From sequence record PZ386974.1: a DNA stretch of 64,000 nucleotides; one strand, 5' to 3'. The notes beneath the pieces are model-generated. The model saw nothing but the letters and a program-made list of their open reading frames with translations, was not told the DNA's origin and did not search any database. Positions 1-9,088 of the stretch are shown piece after piece. The translations under genes and the position numbers were made by a program. Position 1 is the stretch's first letter, and the number at the start of each line of letters is the position of its first letter. Source of the DNA: a phage.

Positions 1-353
1 CTATATTGGTCAATAAATCCTTGGTCATCATCACAAACTTGTTGAGTAACTAATTGAGGTTTAACTACATCTAAAACTTCTGCCATATCTTTAGAATAAT
101 GGCGAGCACCTGGAATAATAAGAGTTCGTCCATCTTTTAATTTAAAACGATTAGCTGCACAGACAATTCGTCGTTGATACTTTTGGTTTTCATCCCAATA
201 CAGAGTCTGCCAACAGATTTCAGGAACTTCATCTAAAACATTTTGTTCTGTATATTCACCGCCGTAAGAAGCTAATTTAGCAGCCAGACTTTCCGGAGTC
301 TCACGCGACAAAGCTTTATCTAACAGAGCTAAACGTTCTTTAAAAGTTTTCAT
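1..353 (-). CDS. hypothetical protein, partial (C-terminus beyond window start)
   Basis: ATG at 353-351 overlaps stop of upstream ORF (ATGA); frame open to position 1. Confidence 0.35.
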   Translation of the reverse strand, partial: MKTFKERLALLDKALSRETPESLAAKLASYGGEYTEQNVLDEVPEICWQTLYWDENQKYQRRIVCAANRFKLKDGRTLIIPGARHYSKDMAEVLDVVKPQLVTQQVCDDDQGFIDQY

Positions 354-679
354 TTAAACCATCCTTTAATACGTTGCCAAATAGATTTTTGTGCTTGTTT
401 ATTTACACCAATCGAACGAATAACCGGTTGTGACTGCTGATATTCTTTATAATCTTCTTTATAGATTTCGTAAGCTGCATCAACAAATGAACTGATCGCT
501 GCCATGTAGTTTTTACGAAGGCCAAATGGCGCGTCATTATTTTCACGAATAACCGTATATTGGCCTGCTTTAATCTTTACAATTGTCCCTAAATAAGCCC
601 CGTGGTACCAAATATCCCATCCTTCTTGAGTAGGTTCTGCACATTTACGAAGTTCGTTAATAATATTCAGCTTATTCAT
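350..679 (-). CDS. hypothetical protein (109 aa)
   Basis: ATG start with GAGGA SD; ATGA-coupled to downstream ORF. Confidence 0.5.
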   Translation of the reverse strand: MNKLNIINELRKCAEPTQEGWDIWYHGAYLGTIVKIKAGQYTVIRENNDAPFGLRKNYMAAISSFVDAAYEIYKEDYKEYQQSQPVIRSIGVNKQAQKSIWQRIKGWFK

Positions 680-689
680 TATGTATTCC

Positions 690-1322
690 TCACAGTACGT
701 TAGTTACAAGGGTAATGATTTCTTTGGACACATTAGGGAAGTCAATGTAAGTATATTTACCACCGATCTTAATCTTAACATCATTTTCAAGAGAAGTAAA
801 CAGCTTTGATTCAGTTTCTGACATGTTGTATGCAAAGATTCTAAGAGAACCATCTCGACGAATTTCGATCTGACGAATACCTAGAACTCGTTTAGCGAAT
901 CGAACTTCTAAGTTACTACGGTTTTCACCAATTTCTTTAACTTCAACTTTATCTTTAATATTTTCAAAAACAAAGTTTGCTAATTCATGCATTTCAGGAG
1001 TAACTCCACGTGCTTTTCTAGTGTTACGTTTCTGAAGAAGTTCTGGAGCATTTTCTTGGGCAAAGAGGTCTGCAGCTTTTTGGATAATATCCATTGCTTC
1101 GCCTGTTGCTACAAGTCCATCACCGGATTTTTCGACTAAACCTTTCTTAATCAATACACCAATGTTAGAGTTAACAACCGATGCATTGTATTCTGCTTCC
1201 AGAGCTTCACGGACATTGGCAGCAGTGGTGAAGTTGTTCTTAATGATATAAACCATTATTGCAGCAGTTTTTTCATTCAGAGCGTTTTCAGAAGCTTTGA
1301 TGATGTAAGTAACTTTAGACAT
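690..1322 (-). CDS. motA: MotA-like middle transcription activator
   Basis: 210 aa; N-terminus MSKVTYIIKAS matches recalled T4 MotA; located beside gene 52 as in T4; GGAGA SD. Confidence 0.75.
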   Translation of the reverse strand: MSKVTYIIKASENALNEKTAAIMVYIIKNNFTTAANVREALEAEYNASVVNSNIGVLIKKGLVEKSGDGLVATGEAMDIIQKAADLFAQENAPELLQKRNTRKARGVTPEMHELANFVFENIKDKVEVKEIGENRSNLEVRFAKRVLGIRQIEIRRDGSLRIFAYNMSETESKLFTSLENDVKIKIGGKYTYIDFPNVSKEIITLVTNVL

Positions 1323-1391
1323 TTTATTTCTCCAATTTGGGTGTTTTGTTTTGATAGGTCTATACTATCATGTTTGAAGCAAAAGTAAACT
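1314..1391 (-). repeat. 78 bp direct repeat copy A (promoter-leader cassette including first 9 nt of motA)
   Basis: Identical to 1635..1712 except one mismatch. Confidence 0.8.
1362..1390 (-). promoter_or_regulatory. early-type promoter cassette (GTTTAC-N17-TAGTAT) with flanking inverted repeat TGATAG/CTATCA
   Basis: Minus-strand GTTTAC at 1390-1385; -10 at 1367-1362; upstream of motA. Confidence 0.5.
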
Positions 1392-1427
1392 TTATTTTGG
1401 GCTCTTTTTCAAAAGCCCTGGTAAAAT

Positions 1428-1643
1428 TTACAAACTCATTTCTTTAATAAGGCTAATAAGTTTTGCCTTTTTAGAACGAAGCTTTTCTAAATGATGTCCA
1501 TTTGAACCGCGAACCACTAAAGAATTGATTTCAACTTCTAAGAAATTTAATTCTTCAACAAGTGCTTTACGTGGAGCATTCATACCAGGTTTAACTTTAC
1601 CGAAACGAGTAGTTGTGTTTTGGGTTAATTTCATTTTAGACAT
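1428..1643 (-). CDS. hypothetical protein (71 aa)
   Basis: ATG with GGAGA SD; shares identical 78 bp promoter-leader with motA. Confidence 0.5.
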   Translation of the reverse strand: MSKMKLTQNTTTRFGKVKPGMNAPRKALVEELNFLEVEINSLVVRGSNGHHLEKLRSKKAKLISLIKEMSL

Positions 1644-1712
1644 TTTATTTCTCCAATTTGGTTGTTTTGTTTTGATAGGTCTATACTATCATGTTTGAAG
1701 CAAAAGTAAACT
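1635..1712 (-). repeat. 78 bp direct repeat copy B (promoter-leader cassette including first 9 nt of 71-aa ORF)
   Basis: Identical to 1314..1391 except one mismatch; period 321 bp. Confidence 0.8.
1683..1711 (-). promoter_or_regulatory. early-type promoter cassette (duplicate of motA promoter)
   Basis: GTTTAC-N17-TAGTAT; upstream of 71-aa ORF. Confidence 0.5.
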
Positions 1713-1721
1713 GTTTTGTGA

Positions 1722-1752
1722 GAAAAATGCACAAAAGGGAGCCGAAGCTCCC
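1722..1752 (-). terminator. intrinsic terminator, UUCG-tetraloop hairpin GGGAGC/GCTCCC plus U-rich tail
   Basis: Stem 1737-1752, T-rich 1722-1736 on minus strand; downstream of gene 52. Confidence 0.5.
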
Positions 1753-1828
1753 TAATCATGTTTGTCCAACCAATACAGCCAAATCACTAGTACAGCTATT
1801 GCACCGAGAAATCCTAAGGCTAGGGCAC

Positions 1829-3154
1829 TCAAAGTGCCTCCAAGTCTTTAGTGTACTCGGTCACAACATCAGTAGACTTCCAATACTCATTTTCTTCTTT
1901 CTTAGCTTTAGCTTCTTCTGCTAGTTTACGTGCTTCGTCGGAAGTGATATGGAAGATGTTAAGACCTACCAGTTTATCGACATGTTCTTTATACATTTCG
2001 ATTTGTGCTAGCTCTTCAGTCAAAGCTTTACGAGTCTTGCCCTGAATCACAATTTCACCTGTAATAACTTTTTTGATGAAGTGTGCCTTAGCAAAAGCCA
2101 GTTTAAATGCTTTTTCAGATTCAAGGATTTTGTTGTCAATACGTTTCTGAACGTAAGTCTTACGGACTTCAACAAAATCTTTGATTAAGTCCACTACGTT
2201 ATCGTAGACAGCTAATTTACCCTTTTCATTAATCACTGTGATGTTTTGAGAACGGCGTTCGATGAGACTAAAATCTTTCATGATTTTTTCATGACGTAGC
2301 TCTTCATCATCAGGAAGCGAGTACTCTTTACGGAACTTCACTTTAAACCCAAAGCCGTGTTCACCACAATCATCTTCCCAAGAGATTAGACCTTTGTCTT
2401 CCAACGGGTCAAGAACCTTACTCACATACGTTTCACGGTCGAATTTATATGGGATTTCAGTTATCTGCATTTGAGTGCGAGATGTGAACTTATATGTTCC
2501 GTGAATCTCATAACGCCCATCAACTTCATGTACTTCACCACGGAATTCCGGGAATTCAACTTTTGGCTTAGTGACATTTTTACCTTGAAGAGCTTGTAAT
2601 ACAGCCTTTTTGACTGATTTAAAACTATGAGGCAGAATATTTGTTGCGTAACCGGTTGCAATACCAGAAACACCATTCAAAAGAACTGTCGGAATAATAG
2701 GAAGATAGAATTTTGGTGGAATGTGTTCTTTATCTTCATGAGCTGGAGCATATTCAGTATCTTTATATACGTTATAGAAATTTTTACTTACACGAGCAAA
2801 AATATAACGAGATGCTGCAGCTTTTTGGACTGTTCTAGAACCAAAGTTGCCTTGGCCATCTAACAGTGGATAGTTGTTGTTCCATGTGTTAGCCATCAAT
2901 GCACCTGCATCTTGTGCAGAAGATTCACCATGGTGATAACCTAAATCTGCAACACCACCTGCAATTGACGCAAGTTTATGAAATTTTTCTTTATTACCAC
3001 GAGCCAAATCTAACGCACGATGAACCACAAAACGTTGAACCGGCTTAAATCCATCAATCATGTTTGGGATTGCACGGTTTTCAACGGTGTACATCGCATA
3101 TGCTAAGGCTTCGTTATCAATAATACTTTTTAGATTACGAGAATTCAATTGCAT
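1829..3154 (-). CDS. 52: DNA topoisomerase II medium subunit (GyrA-like)
   Basis: 441 aa; N-terminus MQLNSRNLKSIIDNEALAYAMYTVENRAIPN matches recalled T4 gp52. Confidence 0.9.
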   Translation of the reverse strand: MQLNSRNLKSIIDNEALAYAMYTVENRAIPNMIDGFKPVQRFVVHRALDLARGNKEKFHKLASIAGGVADLGYHHGESSAQDAGALMANTWNNNYPLLDGQGNFGSRTVQKAAASRYIFARVSKNFYNVYKDTEYAPAHEDKEHIPPKFYLPIIPTVLLNGVSGIATGYATNILPHSFKSVKKAVLQALQGKNVTKPKVEFPEFRGEVHEVDGRYEIHGTYKFTSRTQMQITEIPYKFDRETYVSKVLDPLEDKGLISWEDDCGEHGFGFKVKFRKEYSLPDDEELRHEKIMKDFSLIERRSQNITVINEKGKLAVYDNVVDLIKDFVEVRKTYVQKRIDNKILESEKAFKLAFAKAHFIKKVITGEIVIQGKTRKALTEELAQIEMYKEHVDKLVGLNIFHITSDEARKLAEEAKAKKEENEYWKSTDVVTEYTKDLEAL

Positions 3155-3158
3155 ATTT

Positions 3159-3299
3159 TCACCATATTAATGAACGAATAGCCATTATAACATCTGAAAT
3201 GAAAAGCACTACTTTGATTAGTCCAAACATCACACCATAGTACAGAACCGTAAGCAACAACAAGAGCCCGAAGGCTCCTGCTAAGATTTTCTTAATCAT
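3159..3299 (-). CDS. small hydrophobic peptide (46 aa), below track threshold
   Basis: ATG at 3299-3297; translation MIKKILAGAFGLLLLLTVLYYGV...; TAATG-coupled to upstream small ORF; position equivalent to T4 52.1/ac/stp region. Confidence 0.3.
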   Translation of the reverse strand: MIKKILAGAFGLLLLLTVLYYGVMFGLIKVVLFISDVIMAIRSLIW

Positions 3300-3445
3300 T
3301 ACTCGCCTTTTAATACGTTAAGAAGAGCTAAGACCGCTAAGGTACCTTGTGATACGGCCTGTTGAAATACTGTTGTTTCACCTGTAACTAAAGTGTTAAC
3401 GAATAAAAACGACCAACACAGCAATGCAATAATCCATGCTACCAT
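3299..3445 (-). CDS. small membrane peptide (48 aa), below track threshold
   Basis: ATG at 3445-3443; translation MVAWIIALLCWSFLFVNTLVTGETTVFQQ...; position equivalent to T4 ac/stp region. Confidence 0.3.
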   Translation of the reverse strand: MVAWIIALLCWSFLFVNTLVTGETTVFQQAVSQGTLAVLALLNVLKGE

Positions 3446-3497
3446 TTTAATTACCTCAAAAATAAATTAAAGGCCTATTAAGCTAGGCCCGTATAAA

Positions 3498-3944
3498 TTA
3501 GTAACTCTGCAGAATGAATTTGAAATTATCTGCCAGAAGACGGTTCATTTCAGTGAGTGTTTGATATTCTGATGTATGGTTGCGAGTGAATGCCAGAGCC
3601 AATTGTCCTTTACCATAACCAGTAGTCAGTGGTTTCATGTTCTTAGCTGCAACAAAGATTACATCATATTCAATATTGTTAGTGCCCATGGTACGGGCTA
3701 GTTGCGAACGGCCTTGACGAATGTGAGAAAGAATTGCATCCAACCCTTGTTTAGAACGTTGACGTCCTACAAAGAATCGTGCTGCTACTTGTCGCCAATC
3801 AGATGAACCTTTAACAAAGAAGTAAAAACCTTCGCGAGAACGAAACTCTTTAGAAACTTCAGAACCGTATTCGCCATTACGAACTACTGCAACAACTTCA
3901 CCACCAACTGCCAGAAGGTCTTTACGAGTTAAATATTTGGACAT
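3498..3944 (-). CDS. ndd: possible Ndd nucleoid-disruption protein (148 aa)
   Basis: Size and position (clockwise of 52) match T4 ndd; ATG with GAGGAA SD; identity not verified by alignment. Confidence 0.4.
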   Translation of the reverse strand: MSKYLTRKDLLAVGGEVVAVVRNGEYGSEVSKEFRSREGFYFFVKGSSDWRQVAARFFVGRQRSKQGLDAILSHIRQGRSQLARTMGTNNIEYDVIFVAAKNMKPLTTGYGKGQLALAFTRNHTSEYQTLTEMNRLLADNFKFILQSY

Positions 3945-3988
3945 GCTAATTTCCTCAATTGATTAATGTTTTTGTAATCCATGAGAGC

Positions 3989-4016
3989 ATTATACTCTGC
4001 TCTCAAGAGTTTGTAC
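3989..4016 (-). promoter_or_regulatory. early-type promoter (GTACAA-N-TATAAT) with inverted repeat GAGAGCA/TGCTCTC around -10
   Basis: Upstream of ndd-like ORF. Confidence 0.45.
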
Positions 4017-4020
4017 AATT

Positions 4021-4221
4021 TTATTCGGCTATATCAGAACGTTCAAAAAGCTCTTCAACAGTTAAACATTCAGTGTCATCTTCAATAAAGAATCGAGTCC
4101 AACACGTTGGGGCGATACAGTTATGAGTTTGTCCGGCGATAGAAGCTACACGAATAAGCTGCTGACCATTATTCAGAACAAATTTTTCACCAATTTCAAC
4201 ATCTTTAAAAAGCTTAGCCAT
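4021..4221 (-). CDS. hypothetical protein (66 aa)
   Basis: ATG with GAGGAA SD; own early promoter upstream. Confidence 0.45.
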   Translation of the reverse strand: MAKLFKDVEIGEKFVLNNGQQLIRVASIAGQTHNCIAPTCWTRFFIEDDTECLTVEELFERSDIAE

Positions 4222-4249
4222 TTTGTGTTCCTCGTGTTTCAGTAGGACT

Positions 4250-4279
4250 ACTATACCATAATCCTACCTTGATGTAAAC
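4250..4279 (-). promoter_or_regulatory. early-type promoter cassette (GTTTAC-N18-TATAGT), IR TAGGA.TA
   Basis: Upstream of 66-aa ORF. Confidence 0.45.
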
Positions 4280-4471
4280 AATTAAATTACATTAAAATAT
4301 GTTAAAGCCAACCATGTTCCAGTGAACGAACATGCGATGTAAAAACCCGTATCACAAATTGTTCTTAGTACAATAAGAAGTGCATTTTTCATAAGTACCT
4401 CAATACAATTGAAAATATTATACAAATCATAGGGATACTAAGCAACCATATTCCGATCCACATTTTAGAGC

Positions 4472-4735
4472 TCATATCTCAACTTCCGCGAGTTCCATAT
4501 ATCCTTTGTTGATAACCTCTTTAAGGTCTTTAGAAAGAATAACACTAAAATGGTCGTTCATATGCCCATTAACCAGACGAGTTATTTCGGCTTCAGATGA
4601 CATATAAGGCACGTCTGAGTCCCAATGAGATAGACCCAAATGGGTATAAATCATCCCTTCGTCATCTGCAGTGTTGTACATTGAAACAAATTCGCCTGTT
4701 ACTTTATGTTTTGCGTAGAAAAATTTAAATTTCAT
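4472..4735 (-). CDS. hypothetical protein (87 aa)
   Basis: ATG with AAGAGGA SD; own early promoter upstream. Confidence 0.45.
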   Translation of the reverse strand: MKFKFFYAKHKVTGEFVSMYNTADDEGMIYTHLGLSHWDSDVPYMSSEAEITRLVNGHMNDHFSVILSKDLKEVINKGYMELAEVEI

Positions 4736-4761
4736 GATGTTATCCTCTTTTAGATAGGACT

Positions 4762-4791
4762 ACTATATCATAGTCCTACTTAGTTGTAAAC
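4762..4791 (-). promoter_or_regulatory. early-type promoter cassette (GTTTAC-N18-TATAGT), IR TAGGACTA/TAGTCCTA
   Basis: Upstream of 87-aa ORF. Confidence 0.5.
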
Positions 4792-4803
4792 ACTTTTATG
4801 AAA

Positions 4804-5361
4804 TTAAAGTTGAAGATACCACCCGTTGTAGTTGCTCTTGCGGACGATTTTCTTTAGGTCTTCATGGTCTCCCACAAACTTTATAGAATAAGAGAAGACG
4901 TCAGGTGAGGTTTCTTTGGCATCTAATATAATAATGCAATCTGCGACTCGATGGTTCAAGAAGGGGCCTATATTGATTCCATTACCACCCGGATAATCAC
5001 CACTGTATCCTGTGGTAACCGAAATCCATTTAGAATCCATCTGATGTGTCTTGACTTCTACACGAATTCCACAATATTTGGGATGGGCTAACACGTCCCA
5101 TGCATACGTGTACGGGTCTTCTACATCTTCAATACCTTTATTAACATATCCGTCTAGCCAATTTGCTACTACATACTCTGCAAAGACCGCAACCTTACAA
5201 CGTCGAACTACATCTTCTTTGTTTTGGTCAGGATTTTGGCTCAGGGAATACCGAGCCGTGTCAGCAATCTTCACCTTCATTTCACTAGTCAAAAACTCAT
5301 TCGACAGGATAAATGTCGGAAGATTCTTCAGTCTCAACAGTCCCAAGTTCGTCTTTACCAT
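4804..5361 (-). CDS. possible DenB endonuclease IV (185 aa from internal ATG)
   Basis: Track ORF 4804..5424 trimmed to ATG at 5361 with AGAGG SD; 185 aa equals T4 DenB length; position between ndd and rIIB. Confidence 0.4.
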   Translation of the reverse strand: MVKTNLGLLRLKNLPTFILSNEFLTSEMKVKIADTARYSLSQNPDQNKEDVVRRCKVAVFAEYVVANWLDGYVNKGIEDVEDPYTYAWDVLAHPKYCGIRVEVKTHQMDSKWISVTTGYSGDYPGGNGINIGPFLNHRVADCIIILDAKETSPDVFSYSIKFVGDHEDLKKIVRKSNYNGWYLQL

Positions 5362-5584
5362 AGATACCTCTGATGTGTAGTTCGCCAAAATAAATGCGGT
5401 CACCTTCTTCAAGATATTCTGCATCTACAGGCGGAATTTCAATAACAACTTCGTCGCATTCTAACCAGCCGTAGTGTGCATCGCCGGGATGTTTTACCAA
5501 TTTAGCACAATAAACTGATTTACACTTATGATGACCACGAAGACTAGCAATTTTGGATTCTGATACGTCAAATGGATGAATCAT
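5297..5584 (-). CDS. hypothetical protein (95 aa; denB.1 position)
   Basis: Track start is TTG; first ATG at 5584 follows the rIIB terminator. Confidence 0.4.
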   Translation of the reverse strand: MIHPFDVSESKIASLRGHHKCKSVYCAKLVKHPGDAHYGWLECDEVVIEIPPVDAEYLEEGDRIYFGELHIRGIYGKDELGTVETEESSDIYPVE

Positions 5585-5594
5585 AATTACCCCT

Positions 5595-5619
5595 AAAGAA
5601 AAAGGGGACCGAAGTCCCC
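5595..5619 (-). terminator. intrinsic terminator, UUCG-tetraloop hairpin GGGGAC/GTCCCC plus U-run
   Basis: Immediately downstream of rIIB stop. Confidence 0.55.
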
Positions 5620-5624
5620 AATTA

Positions 5625-6560
5625 TTATTCTGCAAACAATTCAGTAACGTCTGAAATTACTTCATAACGACATGTACGCATCTTAGCATCACCATAGTCA
5701 ACTGGGATGGACACAACATCACGTGGATGAACTTTAACCTTAACAACTTTATCTGAGCTAGAACCAAAGTAACGAATATATGATTTAGCACAAACATGTA
5801 GACCGCGAGAACAAGTTTGTGTATCATCGTCGTTAACTCGAGTACGAGGCATTGAAACAACTTTACCTGGGGAGTTATCAAATGTACCACTATAGCAGTC
5901 TAAATAGTCCTTACGAACTACTTTCCACGCATAGAAATGACCATCTTCAGTGATTTCAATATCGTTTGCAACCAAGAAGTCGAATAAACGTTGTACAGCT
6001 TTTTCGCTTGGGTTTTCTAACAGGTTTTCAAGGAATGGCAGATAGAATTTAAAGTCTTCACCTTTTTCCATGGAATCAATAATACGGTTAACCAGCCCTG
6101 AACGAATCTCTATACCTTGATAAAATAAACTACCACCTTCAATAGTAACATTACCATCAACAAACTTAGTAATAGCTTTCTTGACGTTAATAAGTTCGAC
6201 AGCTTTACTAAGGTTTCCTGCGACCAAATTAGCTTTAATTTCTTCAAAATTTGCATGACTTGATGGGGTCGCATTGTATGCTACGCGTCCTTCAATGATT
6301 GAGATAAATTTAGATGACGCGTTCCATACGATTTCTGGACGATGTCCGCCGATAATAGGTTCATCATTTTCTGGGACCTGTTCTTCGTCTTCAAATTCAG
6401 CTGCTTTCTCTTCAGCTTTAAAATTCTTAACAATCTTACGAAGAGTATCTGTTGAAATGTCGAAGTAATCGGCAATTTCTTTACGGGTCCATTTGCCTGA
6501 TTTGACCAGGTCGTAAGCTTCTAACTGTTCTTCTTGGGACAAGCATTTGATATTGTACAT
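5625..6560 (-). CDS. rIIB: rIIB membrane-associated protein
   Basis: 311 aa; N-terminus MYNIKCL matches recalled T4 rIIB; adjacent to rIIA. Confidence 0.85.
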   Translation of the reverse strand: MYNIKCLSQEEQLEAYDLVKSGKWTRKEIADYFDISTDTLRKIVKNFKAEEKAAEFEDEEQVPENDEPIIGGHRPEIVWNASSKFISIIEGRVAYNATPSSHANFEEIKANLVAGNLSKAVELINVKKAITKFVDGNVTIEGGSLFYQGIEIRSGLVNRIIDSMEKGEDFKFYLPFLENLLENPSEKAVQRLFDFLVANDIEITEDGHFYAWKVVRKDYLDCYSGTFDNSPGKVVSMPRTRVNDDDTQTCSRGLHVCAKSYIRYFGSSSDKVVKVKVHPRDVVSIPVDYGDAKMRTCRYEVISDVTELFAE

Positions 6561-6569
6561 AATGTTTCC

Positions 6570-8783
6570 TTATTTGGCCGCTTCCACGGCCTTCATGAAT
6601 TTAACGATTTGAGCGACCTGTTCTTTAGAAAGAGTACCACGTCGTCCCATGTATTCTGACACAATATGATAATTGGTTTCAAATTCAATAACCATTTTAT
6701 CATCATTATCGTAAGCATTATCTTTAAGCTTATCGAAAATTTTAGCACACAATTCTAACTTCTTATTCAGATCTCTGTTAGTAGCACCTGAGAATCGATT
6801 CCATCCCCAACGATTATTTACTGTTGAAAGTTTTGCAAAATCTTTACTGATTTCTTTGTTCTTAGAGCTAAAATACTTACTAAGGAAGTTGAGCTCTTCA
6901 TTACGAGTAATATGATTCAAATAAGGCTGTGCTCTACGACTTGGTGATACATACTCATCATAATCTACTTTATCGATTAGCATAATATAGTCATTAATTG
7001 ATTTTTCAAACAAACATTCTACTTCACCAAGTTTACGAACTTTCTTAGCAATCTGTGGACGGACTACAGTGAACTCTTTAATACCTGACAAATCAGCAAT
7101 ACGGGTCAAGAAATTGGAGTCATAGTTCAACCAACCTTTATCTGCGTCAAGACATTCAGCATTAGAACGATTACGAACTATAGCATAACCTTGGATTTCA
7201 TCAGCTTCACTCGCCGGAATAAAGAGATCTTCTGATACCCAAACATCGTTTTCATTCTTAAAGAACCGATGAGCACTCGGGGATTTAGGACGAGGCCCAT
7301 TAGAACGAGTCTTGACTTCAATCCATGGCTTAACGATTTGTAAAAGCTCTGAAGTCTTGTACATGTTAATGTTGTCGCCATCAAAGATAACTTTAAGGCG
7401 TTCCAGAAGTTTCATTGCGTCTTCGTCTGTAGGGTCAACGAATAGTACGCTTTTACCAAAACCACGTGGGACTTTACCGGTTAATTTAACCTCGTCTTTA
7501 GACATTTCAATTGAATTAAGAGCTCGCATTAATGGAACACGTCCCTTAACGTCATCAATAACAATTTCAACGTTTTTAATGTTAATGCCAATCAGACTGT
7601 TAATTGAAATAGTTGCAGATGAGCTACCACTTTCACGAATACGACGAAGACGAGGGTCTTCAATGATATCGTATACGACGCCGAGATTACACCATTCGGG
7701 TCCCATTTTAAAACGTTTGTACAACTCAGAATAAGTTAGTTGTTCTTTAGAATATTTCAGAGATTCAATATTAGACCCAGCCTTTTCCATGTATTTGCGA
7801 GCGGTATAGCCAAGAGAATCAATTTCACGGAACACATGGCGCGGGTATTTACAATCAATCCATTTCTTAGAATCTTCAGCGAACAATTTAGCATCGATTT
7901 CTGCAACGCGTTTATGGATATTTGCTACTGTACGTTTATCAAATGACAATGCTTCACGAGACGGGGCTACATCTAGTTCACCCATAGGGAATTTAATATA
8001 AGCTGTAGTGCATCGCGTCATCATCCATGTTTGTTCTTTAATAACACTTCCGATTGGATATACAATACCACCATAAACAGCCATGATATTACCACGTTCA
8101 CCCCATGGAGCTTCCTTGGCCAAATATACATCGTCAAATTCAGGGAAGTATTTGATATCTTTAACACCGCGAACTTCTGCAATATCACCTAGAGGACGCA
8201 TAACATATGCAATTTCAGATGCGAACTTTTCAAAATCTTCTGGGTTAACCGGTACAACTACTTCTACACCCGTACGGTCATCAGGGCCCATCTTATCTAC
8301 GAAGGTTGGCTTAATCTGTGGACCACTGTCATCTTGATAAATTACATAACCACGAACTTCACCGTTGTGATAAGATGTAAGGTTAAACGTATCGGTATAT
8401 GCTAGTGGAGCTTTAGAGCCGAGTCCGAATCCACCAATGAAATCGTTACTCGATGTTTTAGTTGAAGCAAAATATGAGTTATAGATTCCTGGCTCTTCGT
8501 CATTACCTCGAATGGTGAAATCACTCATACCAGGACCAAAGTCTCGAACTACAAAACGCGGGTCTAAACGACCTGGAGCCTGAACAATAAACTTATCAGT
8601 GCAACCATTAAGAATTTGTCCATCGATACAGTTTGTGATTAATTCACGTACACAAGCCAATTCTTTGTTTGTATAAAGGTCATTAGACAAAATCTTATAA
8701 ACTTTGCTATTGCCTTGAATAGTAAATGCTGTGCTCTTACCGCCTGAACCAATAATCGTTTCTTTAGCCGTTTCAATAATCAT
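6570..8783 (-). CDS. rIIA: rIIA protein
   Basis: 737 aa; N-terminal region with DLYTNK...RELITN...PGRLDPRFV...DFGPGMS matches recalled T4 rIIA. Confidence 0.85.
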   Translation of the reverse strand: MIIETAKETIIGSGGKSTAFTIQGNSKVYKILSNDLYTNKELACVRELITNCIDGQILNGCTDKFIVQAPGRLDPRFVVRDFGPGMSDFTIRGNDEEPGIYNSYFASTKTSSNDFIGGFGLGSKAPLAYTDTFNLTSYHNGEVRGYVIYQDDSGPQIKPTFVDKMGPDDRTGVEVVVPVNPEDFEKFASEIAYVMRPLGDIAEVRGVKDIKYFPEFDDVYLAKEAPWGERGNIMAVYGGIVYPIGSVIKEQTWMMTRCTTAYIKFPMGELDVAPSREALSFDKRTVANIHKRVAEIDAKLFAEDSKKWIDCKYPRHVFREIDSLGYTARKYMEKAGSNIESLKYSKEQLTYSELYKRFKMGPEWCNLGVVYDIIEDPRLRRIRESGSSSATISINSLIGINIKNVEIVIDDVKGRVPLMRALNSIEMSKDEVKLTGKVPRGFGKSVLFVDPTDEDAMKLLERLKVIFDGDNINMYKTSELLQIVKPWIEVKTRSNGPRPKSPSAHRFFKNENDVWVSEDLFIPASEADEIQGYAIVRNRSNAECLDADKGWLNYDSNFLTRIADLSGIKEFTVVRPQIAKKVRKLGEVECLFEKSINDYIMLIDKVDYDEYVSPSRRAQPYLNHITRNEELNFLSKYFSSKNKEISKDFAKLSTVNNRWGWNRFSGATNRDLNKKLELCAKIFDKLKDNAYDNDDKMVIEFETNYHIVSEYMGRRGTLSKEQVAQIVKFMKAVEAAK

Positions 8784-8795
8784 ATTTTTCTCTCA

Positions 8796-8996
8796 TCACA
8801 AGTTACGTTTAAAAATTTCTGCTACTTCAAGAAGTTCTTCTTTAGTAGCTGTATCGGTTTGTATTTTATATCGAATTTCTTTAAAGCGTTCTTTAAAGGA
8901 CTCTGCTGACTCGATATCAAAAAATCTTTGGATAAGCCGGAATTCCCGGAGCACTGCTTTATCAAAAAGTTCCAAGTCCACGTTATATGTTCTCAT
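8796..8996 (-). CDS. hypothetical protein (66 aa; rIIA.1 position)
   Basis: ATG start; positional equivalent of T4 rIIA.1. Confidence 0.45.
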   Translation of the reverse strand: MRTYNVDLELFDKAVLREFRLIQRFFDIESAESFKERFKEIRYKIQTDTATKEELLEVAEIFKRNL

Positions 8997-9088
8997 AATA
9001 TTCTCTTCAGTAGATTCCTAGGGCACTATTACTAAAGACCATATAATCTATCATCTTATGTGTAATAGTGCCTCAGGCGATTCAGGAT

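Noticed and set aside
1371-1380. MotA-box-like TTGCTTCA in the spacer of the early promoter cassettes
   Set aside because: Only about 7 nt from the -10 element, too short for the spacing I recall for MotA-dependent middle promoters (roughly 11-13 bp); more likely part of the early-promoter spacer
3264-3277. UUCG-type hairpin GAGCC-CGAA-GGCTC as a terminator
   Set aside because: Lies inside the coding sequence of the 46-aa membrane ORF and has no clear U-run; likely coincidental with codons for Gly-Ala-Phe-Gly
5657-5890. Nested minus-strand alternate-frame ORFs (also 6281..6475, 7178..7384, 14097..14321, 21562..21786, 38631..38873, 39174..39413, 40298..40528, 41001..41195, 44184..44441, 57279..57506, 57675..57875, 58774..59001, 60597..60797)
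   Set aside because: Lie wholly inside longer conserved genes in another frame; hydrophobic or junk-like translations
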